DNA from: an uncultured Acidobacteriota bacterium
GTDB lineage: Bacteria; Acidobacteriota; Thermoanaerobaculia; Multivoradales; UBA5704
NCBI GenBank assembly: GCA_963770895.1
Contig: CAVYRF010000002.1
Coordinates: forward strand, 992,001-1,056,000
Reading direction: 5' to 3'
DNA: 64,000 bases
The position numbers and the translations under genes are program-made. This document shows, piece after piece, positions 28,971 to 40,516 of this stretch. A model generated the notes under the pieces. It was not told the DNA's origin and did not search any database. It was given only the letters and a program-made list of their open reading frames with translations. Position 1 is the stretch's first letter; each line of letters begins with the position of its first letter.

Positions 28971-31532
28971 TCAGGCGGCCGGGAGGCCGGCGGGCTGCGG
29001 CCCCGGGCGCCCGCCACCGCCAGGCGGCCGACCGCGGCGACTCCAACGACCGCGGAGACCCCGGCGATCGCCAGCGCGGGACACCAGCGCCAGCCCGAGC
29101 GTGACGGCCAAGGCCAGCCCGCCGAGCGCCGTGCCGGCGAGCAGGCCAGGCGGCCGGTAGGCCAGGTCGACGCGCTGCACGCCGGGCGGCACCACGACAC
29201 CCAGAAAGGCGCCGTCGACGGTGATCTCGGCCAGCGGCCGGCCGCTGTCGCCGCCACTGCCGCCATTGCCGGCGCCGGCGGTATCGGCGGCCTGCGCCCG
29301 CCAGCCGTACGGACCGGCGAGCGAGGTGGCGAGCAGCCGCACGCCCGCGCCCGGCACCGCCAGCCGCGCCCATCCCGGACCCGACGCCAGCGCGCGCGCC
29401 GGCGTCACGGCGGCCGCCGGGCGGCTCGCACCCGCCCCTGCCCCTGCCGCCGGCGTGGGAGCCGCGCCGCCCAGCGGTACGCCGGCGAGCGCCGGCAGCT
29501 GGTCGCGATACACCGCCACGCGGCCGGCGTCGTCCATCCTGGCCAGCCAACCGGTGAACGCCGCCCGCTCGATCGGCTCGATCGCCGCCGGCACGAACCA
29601 GCGCGGCAGCGCCCGCGGGTTGCGGTAGACGATGAACGGCAGCAGCTCCGGTTCGTCGAGCGGCACCAGCGTCCTGGGCCGCGGCAGGTAGAGGTTGCCG
29701 ACCGCCGCGCGCACGCCCAGGAAGGACATCATCGGGTGGTCGGGATGGCGGAAGGCGGCGTAGTAGTTGAGCAGGGTGGGCGCAAACCCGCCGGCGTACT
29801 CCAGCACCTGCAAATACGAGGACGGCACCATCACCTGGTTGGTGCGGATCTCGGCGATGCCGTACGCCGGCAGCAGCGACGGGTACACCAGCAGGTCGAT
29901 GCCCACGGCGCGCCACGGCGCGCCGGCGCCGGTGGGCGCCGTCTCCCTGGCCAGCACGCGCGTCAGCGGGTTGGCCGGCAGGAACAGCTCCGGCTGGCCG
30001 CGCGGCAGCAGCCGCTCCGCCCACGGTCCGAGGTCGAGCGCCAGGGCCAGCGCCAAGACCGCCACTGCCATGCCCCGCCGCCGCGGCGCCAGCAGGGCGC
30101 CGGCCGCGAGCAGCGCCCAGCACAGCACCACCCACGCCGACCGGTCGCCCACCAGGCTGACCACCGCCGCCACCGCCAGCGCCGCCAGCGCCCGCCGGCG
30201 CGCCGCGGCCGTCAGGCGCCGCAGCAGCAGGTCGACGCCGAAGCCGCCGGCCACCGCCACCGCCAGGCTGCACACCGGCAGCAGCCGCGTGTACGCCGGC
30301 AGCCGCAGCGCCGGCACCCGCTCGACGAGCAGCGCGAAGGGCACGAAATCACCCGCCACCAGCAGCGCGGCGACGGCGAAGCCGAGGAAGGGCAGGGCGC
30401 GCCGCGCCTGCCGTCGCCGCCAGCCGACCAGCGCCACCGTGGCGCCGGCGAAGGCGACCAGGCCGGTGTAGCCCGACAGCGCGTCGACCCAATCTTCCGG
30501 GCCCTTGAACGGCTCCTGGTACGGAATCCCGTACACCCGCGGGTTGGTCGGCGCCAGCACGAACTTGGCGCTCGCCGGCACGAACCAGCTGCGCGGCGAC
30601 AGCAGCCGCGCGTCGTGGTCGGGCAGGTGCAGCGCCAGCATGTCGCGCGTGCGCTGCGCCTGCGGCAGGGCGCGCACGAACGGTAGGATGACCGGCGCCG
30701 CCAGCGCGAAACCGAGCAGCGCCGCCGCCCCCGCCGCCGCCAGGCCGCGCGGCAGGCCGGTGCGCCGCCGCCGCAGGCCGATGCCGCACGCCGCCACGAA
30801 GAGGCCGCCCGCCGCCGCGGTCTCGGGATGGGCCGACAGCAGCAGGATGGCGGTGACCACCGCCGTGGTCGCCACCGTCAGCGGCCGCGGCCGCCGGAAC
30901 AGGCGCACGCAGCCGACGGCGAGCCACGGCACCCAGCACAGCACGGTGGTATGCGGATAGAGCCCCCACGACAGCATGCCGCCGCCCAGGGTGAAGCCCG
31001 CCGCCGCCAGGCCGCTGGCGGCACGGCTGATCCCCGCCTGGCGCGCCAGGAGCCAGGCGCCCTCGCACGCCACCAGCAGCTTGAGGACCAGCACCACCAG
31101 CAGGAAGTACTGGATCGGCAGGACGCGCGACAGCATGGCGAGCGGCGACAGCACGCCCAGCAGCGGATTGATCCAGGGCGAGCTGCCGCCGTCGATGACG
31201 TCGGACCACAGCGGCAGCCGGCCGGCGCGCAACGCGTGCCGCACCTCCAGCTCCCAGGGCAGCAGCTCGTAAAAGGTGTCGCTCTGGATGATGTGGGTGG
31301 AGCGCACCACCGCCGGCGGCGCCGCCGGCAGCACCCCCGCCAGCACGCCGGTCGGCGCCAGCAGGACGTTGTCGCGGAACAGGAAGGGCGCCAGCAGGAC
31401 CAGCGGCAGGATCAGCCCAAGCGCCATCGCGCGGCGCTCCAGGCGCACGCCGAGCCCGCGCGCCAGCAGCCAGCAGAGCGCCTGGACGACGGCGAGCAGC
31501 AGACAGACTTTGAGCGGCAAGCCCAGCAGCAC
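28971..31532 (-). CDS. YfhO-like polytopic membrane protein (putative glycosyltransferase)
   Basis: LRAGRLPLW..GGS motif; many TM helices; NPRALPR; GW.A...G.V.P.G...V.L.Y.P C-terminus. Confidence 0.7.
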   Translation of the reverse strand: MLLGLPLKVCLLLAVVQALCWLLARGLGVRLERRAMALGLILPLVLLAPFLFRDNVLLAPTGVLAGVLPAAPPAVVRSTHIIQSDTFYELLPWELEVRHALRAGRLPLWSDVIDGGSSPWINPLLGVLSPLAMLSRVLPIQYFLLVVLVLKLLVACEGAWLLARQAGISRAASGLAAAGFTLGGGMLSWGLYPHTTVLCWVPWLAVGCVRLFRRPRPLTVATTAVVTAILLLSAHPETAAAGGLFVAACGIGLRRRRTGLPRGLAAAGAAALLGFALAAPVILPFVRALPQAQRTRDMLALHLPDHDARLLSPRSWFVPASAKFVLAPTNPRVYGIPYQEPFKGPEDWVDALSGYTGLVAFAGATVALVGWRRRQARRALPFLGFAVAALLVAGDFVPFALLVERVPALRLPAYTRLLPVCSLAVAVAGGFGVDLLLRRLTAAARRRALAALAVAAVVSLVGDRSAWVVLCWALLAAGALLAPRRRGMAVAVLALALALDLGPWAERLLPRGQPELFLPANPLTRVLARETAPTGAGAPWRAVGIDLLVYPSLLPAYGIAEIRTNQVMVPSSYLQVLEYAGGFAPTLLNYYAAFRHPDHPMMSFLGVRAAVGNLYLPRPRTLVPLDEPELLPFIVYRNPRALPRWFVPAAIEPIERAAFTGWLARMDDAGRVAVYRDQLPALAGVPLGGAAPTPAAGAGAGASRPAAAVTPARALASGPGWARLAVPGAGVRLLATSLAGPYGWRAQAADTAGAGNGGSGGDSGRPLAEITVDGAFLGVVVPPGVQRVDLAYRPPGLLAGTALGGLALAVTLGLALVSRAGDRRGLRGRWSRRGRPPGGGGRPGPQPAGLPAA

Positions 31533-31554
31533 CGGCCGTGCTCCTTAGAAGAGG

Positions 31555-32598
31555 TTAAGCAAAGCCGTCGCGCTCGCCGGCGGGCTCGATGCCCGCGTCG
31601 AGCGCCGCCACCACGGCGTCGGTAAAGCGGGTGGTGGTGGCGTCGCCGCCCAGGTCGCGGGTGAGCACGCGATCGACCACGATGACCTTGCGCACCGCGG
31701 CGCCGACGCGTTGCGCCACCGCGTCCTTGCCAAGGTGATAGAGCATCAGGATGGCGGAACGGATCAGCGCCAGCGGGTTGGCCAGGCCGCGGCCGGCGAT
31801 GTCGGGGGCGCTGCCGTGCACCGCTTCGAACACCGAGGATTCAAGGCCGATGTTGGCGCCCGGCACCACGCCCAGCCCGCCCACCAGCCCGGCGCAGAGG
31901 TCGGAGACGATGTCGCCGTACAGGTTTTCGAGCAGCAGCACGTCCCATTCCTCGGGCCGCATCACCAGCTGCATGCACATGTTGTCGACGATCCGATCGT
32001 CGGCCTGGATGTCCTTGTATTCGACCGCGACGCGGCGGAAGCAGTCCAGGAAGAGGCCGTCCGAAAGCTTCATGATGTTGGCCTTGTGCACCGCCGTGAC
32101 GCGCTTGCGGCCGTGCCGCCGGGCGTATTCGAAGGCGAAGCGGGCGATGCGCGTGGAGGCCTTTTCGGTGATGATCTTGAGGCTTTCCACCACGCCGGGC
32201 ACCACCACGTGCTCCAGGCCGCTGTACAGGTCCTCGGTGTTTTCGCGCACCACCACCAGGTCCACCCCTTCGAAGCGGTTGGGGATGCCGGGCAGCGACC
32301 GCGCGGGCCGCAGGTTGGCGTACAGGTCGAGCTTCTGGCGCAGCTGCACGTTGATCGACTGGAAGCCACCGCCGACCTGGGTGGTGACCGGCCCCTTGAG
32401 CGCCACCTTGGTGCGGCGGATGGAATCCATCACTTCGCCGGGCAGCGGGTCGCCGAAGCGCTTGAGCGCCTCGGTGCCCACGATGTGCGACTCAAATTCC
32501 AGCTCAGCGCCGGCGGCTTCCAGCACCCGCACGGTGGCCGCCGCCACCTCGGTGCCGATGCCGTCGCCAGGAATCAAGGTGATCGTCGTCTTGCTCAT
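31555..32598 (-). CDS. Isocitrate/isopropylmalate dehydrogenase family (NAD-IDH-like)
   Basis: IPGDGIG, RENTEDLY, VHKANIMKLSDGLF, NLYGDI, FEAVHGSAPDIAG. Confidence 0.92.
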   Translation of the reverse strand: MSKTTITLIPGDGIGTEVAAATVRVLEAAGAELEFESHIVGTEALKRFGDPLPGEVMDSIRRTKVALKGPVTTQVGGGFQSINVQLRQKLDLYANLRPARSLPGIPNRFEGVDLVVVRENTEDLYSGLEHVVVPGVVESLKIITEKASTRIARFAFEYARRHGRKRVTAVHKANIMKLSDGLFLDCFRRVAVEYKDIQADDRIVDNMCMQLVMRPEEWDVLLLENLYGDIVSDLCAGLVGGLGVVPGANIGLESSVFEAVHGSAPDIAGRGLANPLALIRSAILMLYHLGKDAVAQRVGAAVRKVIVVDRVLTRDLGGDATTTRFTDAVVAALDAGIEPAGERDGFA

Positions 32599-32748
32599 GC
32601 GTCTTCCTCTTTTTGCGCTAGTGTCCCGCCCGATTCATTCGCAAGGTATTCGCACTAGCCGGCGACGCCGCGGGGCGCCAAAGGCTATCATGGCCGCCCT
32701 GCTAGAATCGCCCGCGAACGCGGTCCAACAGAGCGGAGAGCGCACGAC

Positions 32749-33897
32749 ATGCACGGTTCCCCGGAGTCCTCGCACCTGGCCGCCAAACCGATCCGTCCCC
32801 GCCCGATCACCGGCCAGGAGACCGCCGCCGAGCTCATCCGCAACGCCTTCACCGCCTACAACGGCGCCCGGCTGCGCGAGGCGTGCGACCTGCTGGTGAC
32901 GCGGATGCTGCAGCCGGAGGTGACCGTGGGGGTGAGCCTGTCCGGCGCCCTGACGCCGCCCGGTTACGGCACCTCGTGCCTGGTGCCGCTCATCGAAGCG
33001 GGCGCGATCGATTGGATGGTTTCGACCGGCGCCAACCTGTACCACGACACCCACCATGCGATCGGCCTCAAGCTCCACCCGGGCAGCCCGTTCTGGAACG
33101 ACGTCGAGCTGCGCGAGCAGGGCGTCGTGCGCATCTACGACATCGTGTTCGACTACTCGGTGCTGCTCGAAACCGACAAGTTCTACCGCCGCCTGCTGCG
33201 CACGCCGGAGTTCCAGGGGCCGATGTCGACGGCCGAATTCCATTACCGGGTGGGCCGCTACCTGGCGGCGATCGAAAAGCGGCTGGGGATCGAGGGCACC
33301 TCGCTGCTGGCCGCCGCCTATCGGCACGCGGTGCCCATCTTCACCTCGTCGCCGGGCGACAGCTCGATCGGCATGAACGTCGCGGCGCTGGCCCTGGAAG
33401 GCGGCAAGCTGACCTTCGACGTCAACCTGGACGTCAACCTGTCGGCCGGCATCGTCTGGCAGGCCAAGGAAGGCGGCGGCAAGAGCGCCTGCTGGATCCT
33501 GGGCGGCGGCAGCCCCAAGAACTTCATGCTGCAGACCGAACCACAGATCCAGGAAGTGCTGGGGCTGGCCGAAGCCGGGCACGACTACTTCCTGCAGGTG
33601 ACCGACGCCCGCCCCGACGTCGGCGGTCTGTCGGGGGCGACCCCCGCCGAGGCGGTGTCGTGGGGCAAGGTGGACCCGGACCGGCTGCCCGACGCCGTGG
33701 TGGTCTATTGCGACGCCACGGTCGTGCTGCCGCTGCTCACCCACTACGCCCTGGCGGCGGGAGCGCGCCGGCCGCCCAAGCGGCTGTACGAGCGGCTGCC
33801 GCACTTCCTGGAGCTGCTGGCGGCGGGCTTCAGCCAGACCCGCGAAGCGCGCAAGGACGAAGGGATGCTCGACGAGGACGGCGTGGCTCCCGCTTAG
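32749..33897 (+). CDS. Deoxyhypusine synthase-like protein (probable homospermidine biosynthesis, SpeY-like)
   Basis: [40 protein letters not shown]. Confidence 0.85.
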   Translation: MHGSPESSHLAAKPIRPRPITGQETAAELIRNAFTAYNGARLREACDLLVTRMLQPEVTVGVSLSGALTPPGYGTSCLVPLIEAGAIDWMVSTGANLYHDTHHAIGLKLHPGSPFWNDVELREQGVVRIYDIVFDYSVLLETDKFYRRLLRTPEFQGPMSTAEFHYRVGRYLAAIEKRLGIEGTSLLAAAYRHAVPIFTSSPGDSSIGMNVAALALEGGKLTFDVNLDVNLSAGIVWQAKEGGGKSACWILGGGSPKNFMLQTEPQIQEVLGLAEAGHDYFLQVTDARPDVGGLSGATPAEAVSWGKVDPDRLPDAVVVYCDATVVLPLLTHYALAAGARRPPKRLYERLPHFLELLAAGFSQTREARKDEGMLDEDGVAPA

Positions 33898-33900
33898 TGA

Positions 33901-36900
33901 TCAGTGAGGGTGCCCCAGCTCCTCGATCCTGGCCACCACGTCGCGATAGTTGGTGTTGATGCCGTAGACATCGACAAAGGTCTTGTACGCTCCGGCGTTG
34001 TCGCCCATCGCCAGGTAGGCGCACCCCATGTCGTACAGCAGGCCCAGGGTGTCCTCCTCGCTGATGCCTGAAGCTTCCATGCCGCGGCGATACCACTTGA
34101 TCGCCAGCTCGGGCAGCCCCTTGTCCAGGAAGCACAGGCCGAGCATCGAGCAGCAGGAGACCAGGTAGCGGGCATCCTTGGCGGAAACCTGGAACTCCCC
34201 GATCGCCTCGTCGAGCAGCCCCATCTCGCGGTAGGCGATGCCCAGGTTGAAGTGCGTGTCGTAGTCGGTCGGCGACAGGTGCTCCGCGACGCCGCGCTTG
34301 AACCCTTCGACGATCTCTTCGAGCGACTGCTCCTGCTGCACCAGCAGGTCTTCCCCCTGAAACACCGGCTCCTGCGACAGCTCCTGCTCGAGCTCGCCGG
34401 CGAGATCGAAGAAGTCCGCTTCGTCGTCGAACAGGCTGGCGGCGCGCGCCGCCAGGCGGTCCTTGCCGGAGTCGGCTTCGTCGAGCCAGCTCATGCCGGT
34501 GTCGTCCAGGGCGGCGCTGCCCGCGGCGTCGGCGGCAGGCGCATCGGCGGCGCCCACCGCCGCGGCCGGCACGGCGGCAGGGGGCGCCGATGACGGCGGC
34601 GGCGCCGACGGCGGTTCGCTCGCGCCGATCGCGCCAATCGCTGCCATCGCGCCGCTGGCGCCGGCGGCGGGGGCCGGGGCGGGCGGCGGCGGGGCGAAAC
34701 CCCCGGCCGGCGGCTGGCCCTGACCAAAGCCCGGCATCGGGCGGCCATCGTCCCAGTCGATCTCTTCGCTCTCGACCATGGCGCCGATCTCGAGCGGATT
34801 GAAAATCGGCAACCCGTCCCCGGCCGGCTCCGCTCCCGCCTCTGCCGATTGCTGGGGTTGCAGGGGCTGGAGGGGCTGCAACGGCGCCAGCTCGATTCCG
34901 TCGTCGTCCGCCAGCGCGCCCGCCGGCAGGCTGCCGTCGTGAGCCGGGCCGCCGGCGGCGAAACCGCCCGGCGCCATGGAGGCGGGGGCGTGCGGCGCGG
35001 CGGCCTCCCCGGCGCCCAGGAGCGCCGCGGCCTCGGCCAGGAAGGCCGCGGTCGGCTGCTGCGGGGCCGGCTCGCCCGCCGCCGCACCGGACGGGGCGGC
35101 GGCACCGGCGCCCGCGGCCGCGGGCGCGGCAGCCTGGGCCGGATCGGCGGCGACGTCGGCAATGCCGGCGATGTCGGCGACGCCGGAGCCAAGGGCAGGA
35201 GCCTCCGGCGCAGCCGGGGCGGCGGCGGCAGACGGCTTCGGCGGGCGCTTGGCGCGCGGCGCCATCAGGCTCTCCAGCATCTGCTCGAGGCCGGCGGCGG
35301 CCACCGCGCGCGGGCGCTGGCCCGGGCGGCCGGCGCCCGCGGCACCTGGCGGGGCAACCGGTGCCACCGGCGGGGCGGCAGCGGCGAGCGGCGGCGCCAC
35401 CTCGTCGGGAACCACCGCTGCGGCTGGCGGTGCCGCCGGGGACGGCGCCGCGGCGGCCTGGCTGTCGGCCGCCGCGGCGGATCGCGGCGAGGCGGCCACG
35501 CGATCGCCGTCGATGCGATAGCCGGCGGCCAGCAGCCGCTTGCGCAGCTTGGGCCAGGTCTCGCGGTCGGAGGACTGGGCGGTGAGCTCCGCCACCTGGT
35601 TGGCCAGCTCGATCACCCGTCCGTGGCGGCCCTTGTCGAGCTGCAGCTGGATGAGCAGCAGGTAGGCCGCGACGTGGCGCGGCTTGATGCGAATGGCGTC
35701 GCGCAGCCGCTCCGCCGCTTTCTCTTCGAGGCCGTACTTTGCCAACACCTCGGCTTCGGACACCAGGTCTTCGTAGCGCTCCGTGGTCTGCGGCAGCAGC
35801 TCCGCCGCCGTGCGCTCCAGCAGATCGGAGTCGATCTCGATCGCTGGCGACGCAAACGGCGGCTCGCCGGCCGCCGCCGGCGTCATGGCAGCCTGCTCGC
35901 CCGTATCGCCCGTATCGCCCGCATCGCCCGCCATCGGCGACAGCGCCTGCTCCATATCCTCCGGCAGCGGCGACAGGAGCTGTCCGGACGGCGGCGGGCC
36001 GGCCGCGACCGGGCCGGGGCCTGCGGCCGGCGCCGGCAGGTCGAACGCGTCGGGCGCCATCGAGCCGAACGGCGAGGCCGCCACGTCCAGGTCCGCCAGG
36101 TCCGGCAGGTCGCCCAGGTCGGGCAGCTCCAGCAAGCTGAAATCCGCGTCGGCATCCGCCGCCGGCAGGGAACCGCCGTGCGCGGGCGCGCCGGCCGCCG
36201 CCGCTGGCGCCGGGTGGGCACCTGCTGCCCCTTCGAGCCCGGCGGCCGAGGGCCGCGGCGCCGGCGCCTTGGGCGTCGCGGCCGGCGGCGGTGCGGCGGC
36301 GGCAGGGGTGGCGCCCTGTGCCCACGACGGGCGGCGCGGCTCCCGCAGCATGTCCGGCGGCGGTTTGACCAGGCTGGCCGGCTCTTCGTCGTCCTCGATG
36401 TCGAGCACGAACACGTCGTCGAGGTCCGCCGCGCCGTGATCCGCCGCCGCGCCGGCACCCTGGGTCTCCCCGGCCCGAGCGCCGGCGCCGTAGGCGTCCG
36501 CGTCCCGTGCATCGACCGGCTGCCCGGCGTGAGGGGCATCGCCGCCGGGACGGCGCGTGTACGGCAGCGACGGCGGCGCCGCCTCTTCGTCGATTTCAAA
36601 CGCCGCGTCCAGAGCGCTGTCGGCCGCCAGGCCGCCCACCGCGGAGTACGAGTCGTCGGATGCCAGAGGCGGCAGGCTGCTGCCGGCAGGCGACGCACCC
36701 AACTCTTCGTCGAGGATCAGGTCGGCGCCCAGGTCGATCTCGATCTCCTCGAAATCGACGTCCATGTCGGCGCCGTCCAGGCCGGGCATCGCGGCGGCCC
36801 CCGCCATGGCCGCGGGCGCCGGCAGCGCGCTGTCCTGTTCCTCGAAGCGGGAGTCGTGATCGACGTAGGCGCGTGCGTCGCGGCCCGGCGGCGGGGGGGC

Positions 36901-37818
36901 GGCGGGGGCCGCGGCGGGGGCCGGCGGCGGCGCCGCCGCCGGCGACCGGGACGGCCGCGGCGCCTGACGCACCGCCGTTTCGTCGCCCGGCTGGCGCTGA
37001 GGCTCCGGCGGCGCGGCCGGTGCCGCGGGCTGCAGCACCGGCGCACCGGCGGCAGCGACGCCCGAGTAGGTGCCGCCCAGGCCGGCGGCGCCGCCGACCA
37101 GCCGCGCAACCTGCAGGGCCTGGGGATTGCGCTCCACCGCCGCCGCCAGGAAGCGGGCCGCGACCGCCGGCCCCGCGGCGGTCTTCAGCTTGAGCGCGGC
37201 GTCGCTGATGAAGCCGAGGTTGCTGCTGTCGATGGCGAGCGCGCGCTCGTAGACCTGGCCGGCCTCCTGCGGGTGGCCGTGCTCGATCATCAGCTCGGCG
37301 ATGATGCGGTACTCGCCCATCGCCTTGTCGATGAGCTGCTGCTGCTGGTACAGCTCGGCGAGCTTGACGTGATAGGTCGGGTTGTTGGGCTCCAGCTCGG
37401 CCATCTTCTGGTAGATGGCGATGGTCGAGGTGGCGTTCTCGTGCTTTTGGTAGTAGTCCGCCAGAACCTGGTACTGGGTGCGCGCTTCGGTCACCAACCC
37501 CTGACGGTGGTAGAGCTCCGCCAGGCTCTCGTAGACGTCCAGCCGCGTCGGATCCAGCTTGATGATCTTCTTGTAGATGGCGATGGCCTTGACGAAAAAG
37601 CCCTCGCCCGCGTATTGCTCGGCGATCTGGTTGAAGAAGTCGACCGCTTCGTCGATCCGCTGAATCCGCGCGTACAGGTCGCCGACGCGGTTGAGCGTAT
37701 TGATGTCGTTGGGGTTCTCCTCCAGGAGCTTGCGGTACTCCCGGATCGCCGGCTCGATCTTGCCGCGCGCCACGTACTTTTCGGCGGTCTGCACCACCTG
37801 CTCGCGCTTGACCGCCAT
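33901..37818 (-). CDS. Large TPR protein with acidic low-complexity linker (SgmX-like architecture)
   Basis: N-terminal TPRs (GFFVKAIAIYKKI); C-terminal THFNLGIAYREMGLLDEAI, NYRDV. Confidence 0.85.
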   Translation of the reverse strand: MAVKREQVVQTAEKYVARGKIEPAIREYRKLLEENPNDINTLNRVGDLYARIQRIDEAVDFFNQIAEQYAGEGFFVKAIAIYKKIIKLDPTRLDVYESLAELYHRQGLVTEARTQYQVLADYYQKHENATSTIAIYQKMAELEPNNPTYHVKLAELYQQQQLIDKAMGEYRIIAELMIEHGHPQEAGQVYERALAIDSSNLGFISDAALKLKTAAGPAVAARFLAAAVERNPQALQVARLVGGAAGLGGTYSGVAAAGAPVLQPAAPAAPPEPQRQPGDETAVRQAPRPSRSPAAAPPPAPAAAPAAPPPPGRDARAYVDHDSRFEEQDSALPAPAAMAGAAAMPGLDGADMDVDFEEIEIDLGADLILDEELGASPAGSSLPPLASDDSYSAVGGLAADSALDAAFEIDEEAAPPSLPYTRRPGGDAPHAGQPVDARDADAYGAGARAGETQGAGAAADHGAADLDDVFVLDIEDDEEPASLVKPPPDMLREPRRPSWAQGATPAAAAPPPAATPKAPAPRPSAAGLEGAAGAHPAPAAAAGAPAHGGSLPAADADADFSLLELPDLGDLPDLADLDVAASPFGSMAPDAFDLPAPAAGPGPVAAGPPPSGQLLSPLPEDMEQALSPMAGDAGDTGDTGEQAAMTPAAAGEPPFASPAIEIDSDLLERTAAELLPQTTERYEDLVSEAEVLAKYGLEEKAAERLRDAIRIKPRHVAAYLLLIQLQLDKGRHGRVIELANQVAELTAQSSDRETWPKLRKRLLAAGYRIDGDRVAASPRSAAAADSQAAAAPSPAAPPAAAVVPDEVAPPLAAAAPPVAPVAPPGAAGAGRPGQRPRAVAAAGLEQMLESLMAPRAKRPPKPSAAAAPAAPEAPALGSGVADIAGIADVAADPAQAAAPAAAGAGAAAPSGAAAGEPAPQQPTAAFLAEAAALLGAGEAAAPHAPASMAPGGFAAGGPAHDGSLPAGALADDDGIELAPLQPLQPLQPQQSAEAGAEPAGDGLPIFNPLEIGAMVESEEIDWDDGRPMPGFGQGQPPAGGFAPPPPAPAPAAGASGAMAAIGAIGASEPPSAPPPSSAPPAAVPAAAVGAADAPAADAAGSAALDDTGMSWLDEADSGKDRLAARAASLFDDEADFFDLAGELEQELSQEPVFQGEDLLVQQEQSLEEIVEGFKRGVAEHLSPTDYDTHFNLGIAYREMGLLDEAIGEFQVSAKDARYLVSCCSMLGLCFLDKGLPELAIKWYRRGMEASGISEEDTLGLLYDMGCAYLAMGDNAGAYKTFVDVYGINTNYRDVVARIEELGHPH

Positions 37819-38660
37819 CAGGTTCTCCCCTGCCGGGCGCGCGCCTGGCGGCGCGGCATCACCGGCCCGAACGTCAGGCGGTGCTCGGGGCATGGGCCGT
37901 AGGCCGCCAGGGCCTGCAGGTGCTCGGGCACGCCGTAGCCCTTGTGCGCGGCGAAGCCGTACTGCGGATAGCGCCGGTCCAGGTCTCCCATCAGCCGGTC
38001 GCGCTCCACTTTAGCCAGAATGGAAGCACATGCAACAGCGTAGCTTATGGCGTCGCCGCGCACCATCGGCAGGCAGGGAAAAGTCAGCCCGCGCACCGCG
38101 ACGGCATCCACCACCGCGCAGTCGGGCGCCGGCGCCAGGCCGGCCAGGGCTTGAAACATCGCCAGCCGGGAGGCTTCCAGGATATTCACCCGGTCGATCA
38201 CATCAGCACCTACGCTCGCCACGGTGAATCCGATGCAACGGGCGCGGATGGCGGCCGCCAGCCGCTCTCGCTCGGGACGGGGGACGCACTTGCTGTCGTC
38301 GACCCCGGGCAGCAGGCAGCCGCGCCCCAGGATCACCGCGGCCGCCACCACCGGACCGGCCAGCGCGCCGCGCCCCGCCTCGTCGGTGCCGGCGATGCGC
38401 ACGAAGCCGTAATGCTCCAGATGGTCTTCCAGCGACCGCAGGAGGCGCAGGCGGTAGACTTCGGCGAACAGATCCGGCAGGCGAGCCGGCGCCGGTGCCG
38501 GTTGGGCCGGCGACGGCGCTGTCGCCGCACGGTCTGACGCCGCGGCAGCCCGCTCGGCGCTGGAGCGAGGACGCACCACTCGCGTCGGGCGCGTCGGGGG
38601 GTTTGGAGGCGCCGATGCCACCTTACCCGCCGATGCCGCCCTGCTCACCGGCCGTCCCAT
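37818..38660 (-). CDS. rnhB: Ribonuclease HII (true start may be downstream)
   Basis: GTDEAGRGALAGPVVAAA, DDSK, ASILAKVERD, HKGY. Confidence 0.92.
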   Translation of the reverse strand: MGRPVSRAASAGKVASAPPNPPTRPTRVVRPRSSAERAAAASDRAATAPSPAQPAPAPARLPDLFAEVYRLRLLRSLEDHLEHYGFVRIAGTDEAGRGALAGPVVAAAVILGRGCLLPGVDDSKCVPRPERERLAAAIRARCIGFTVASVGADVIDRVNILEASRLAMFQALAGLAPAPDCAVVDAVAVRGLTFPCLPMVRGDAISYAVACASILAKVERDRLMGDLDRRYPQYGFAAHKGYGVPEHLQALAAYGPCPEHRLTFGPVMPRRQARARQGRT

Positions 38661-38704
38661 CGTGAAGCTCTCCCCGACCCCCTTTCAACCGGCGGTGCCG
38701 GCGC

Positions 38705-39064
38705 TCAGGCGGTCGGCTGGTCGTCGCGGCGCTCCTCGATGCGGGCCGCCTTGCCGCGCAGAGAGCGGAGGAAATAGAGCTTGGCGCGCCGCACCTTGCC
38801 GTGCCGGATCACCTCGATCCGGTTGATCGACGGCGAATGCAGCGGAAAGATCCGTTCGACGCCGATGCCGCCCGAAACCTTGCGCACGGTGAAGGTTTCG
38901 CGGGTGCCGCCGCCGCGCCGGGCGATCACCACCCCCTGGAACACCTGGATGCGCTCCTTGTCGCCTTCGACGACGCGCACGTGGACGCGGACCGTATCGC
39001 CGGCGCGGAACTCCGGCTGCTCCTTGTGTATGTAAAGGCTTTCCACCTGATGCAGCTGATTCAT
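38705..39064 (-). CDS. rplS: 50S ribosomal protein L19
   Basis: [29 protein letters not shown]. Confidence 0.97.
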   Translation of the reverse strand: MNQLHQVESLYIHKEQPEFRAGDTVRVHVRVVEGDKERIQVFQGVVIARRGGGTRETFTVRKVSGGIGVERIFPLHSPSINRIEVIRHGKVRRAKLYFLRSLRGKAARIEERRDDQPTA

Positions 39065-39170
39065 CAGACCACCTCTTCATCCTTCATCAAAAGTCCGGCG
39101 CCCCTTGCCTGGGAACAAGTCCGGCCATTATTGCCAACTTGGACGCCGGCGCGCAAGCGCCGCCGCCCCG

Positions 39171-39938
39171 TCAGGACTGCTTCGCCAACAGATCCGGCCG
39201 CTTGGCGCGCGTCGCCGCCAGCGCCTGCTCGCGGCGCCAGCGCTCGATCGCCGCATGGTCGCCGGACAGCAGCACCGGCGGCACCGCCATCCCTTCCACC
39301 AGCGGCGGCCGGGTGTAATGGGGGTAGTCCAGCAGGCCGGCGCGAAAGCTGTCCGCCGCCACCGAATCGGCCAATCCCACCACCCCCGGAACCTGCCGCG
39401 ACAGAGCTTCGATCAGCACCATGGCGGGCAGCTCGCCGCCCGACAGCACGTAGTCGCCGATCGAGATCTCTTCGTCCACCACGCTCAGCCGCACCCGCTC
39501 GTCGATCCCTTCGTAGCGGCCGCAGAGCAGGACCAGGTGGTCGCGCCCGGCCAGCTGGCGCACCTTGCCGTCGTCCAGCCGCACCCCCTGCGGCGACAGC
39601 AGCACCCGCCACGCGGCAGCCGCCTGAGCCGACGCGGTGTCGCTTCCTGCCCCGGCGCTGCTTGCGGCCGCCCTATCGCTTCCGGCCGCGACGCCGCCCG
39701 CGTCCGGCGGATCGGCCAGGGCGCGCACCGCGCGGATCCAGGGCGGCGCCGTCATCACCATGCCGCCGCCGCCGCCGTAGGGCTCGTCGTCCACGCTGCG
39801 GTGCCGATCGGCGGTGAACTCGCGCAGATCGCGCACCTCGATGCGCAGCAGCCCCCTGGCCACCGCCCGACCCACCAGGCTGGTGGCGAGAAAGGGCGCG
39901 AACAGCTCGGGAAAGATGGTCAGGACCTGGATGCGCAC
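39171..39938 (-). CDS. trmD: tRNA (guanine37-N1)-methyltransferase
   Basis: [41 protein letters not shown]; GTG start at 39938. Confidence 0.95.
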   Translation of the reverse strand: MRIQVLTIFPELFAPFLATSLVGRAVARGLLRIEVRDLREFTADRHRSVDDEPYGGGGGMVMTAPPWIRAVRALADPPDAGGVAAGSDRAAASSAGAGSDTASAQAAAAWRVLLSPQGVRLDDGKVRQLAGRDHLVLLCGRYEGIDERVRLSVVDEEISIGDYVLSGGELPAMVLIEALSRQVPGVVGLADSVAADSFRAGLLDYPHYTRPPLVEGMAVPPVLLSGDHAAIERWRREQALAATRAKRPDLLAKQS

Positions 39939-40516
39939 GCCTCGATCAACCCCGGCGGCAGATCCAATTCGATCCTGCCGCTCGCCACGTCGATTGCCAG
40001 CAGGAACCGGGTCGCGAACGGCACCGGCACCTTCCGGTCGCCATCCGAGACGATCAGCAGCAGGCCGCCGCCGTCTTCCACCACCTCCACCACGGCGCCC
40101 AGCTCCACGCCCGCGACGACGCACCGGCAGCCCACCAGCTCGTAGTGGTAGTACTCGCCCGCCGGCGCCGGCGGCACCTGCGATCGCTCCACCTCCAGCC
40201 AGGCGCCGCGCAGCGATTCCGCCCCGTCGCGGTCGTCGATGCCGGCGAACCGCAACCGCGCCATGGTCCGGCGCCCGGTGACGGGACCCGGCCTGGCCGG
40301 CGGCTCGGTACCGCGCGCCGCCACCACCACGGGCACCGGCGGCTCACCTTCGCGCACCAGCAGGAGGGAGTTACCCGGATCGAGGCGCCCCGGCACGTCG
40401 CTCAGGACTTCCACCGCGACCTCGCCGCGCAGCCCGTGAGGGCGCAGGACGCGGCCGACGGTCACCGTCTGTGGAAGGTCGCCGCGGCCCTCAGTCTTCG
40501 AGGATTTCAAGCTCAT
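39920..40516 (-). CDS. rimM: Ribosome maturation factor RimM
   Basis: [25 protein letters not shown]; position between khpA and trmD. Confidence 0.9.
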   Translation of the reverse strand: MSLKSSKTEGRGDLPQTVTVGRVLRPHGLRGEVAVEVLSDVPGRLDPGNSLLLVREGEPPVPVVVAARGTEPPARPGPVTGRRTMARLRFAGIDDRDGAESLRGAWLEVERSQVPPAPAGEYYHYELVGCRCVVAGVELGAVVEVVEDGGGLLLIVSDGDRKVPVPFATRFLLAIDVASGRIELDLPPGLIEACASRS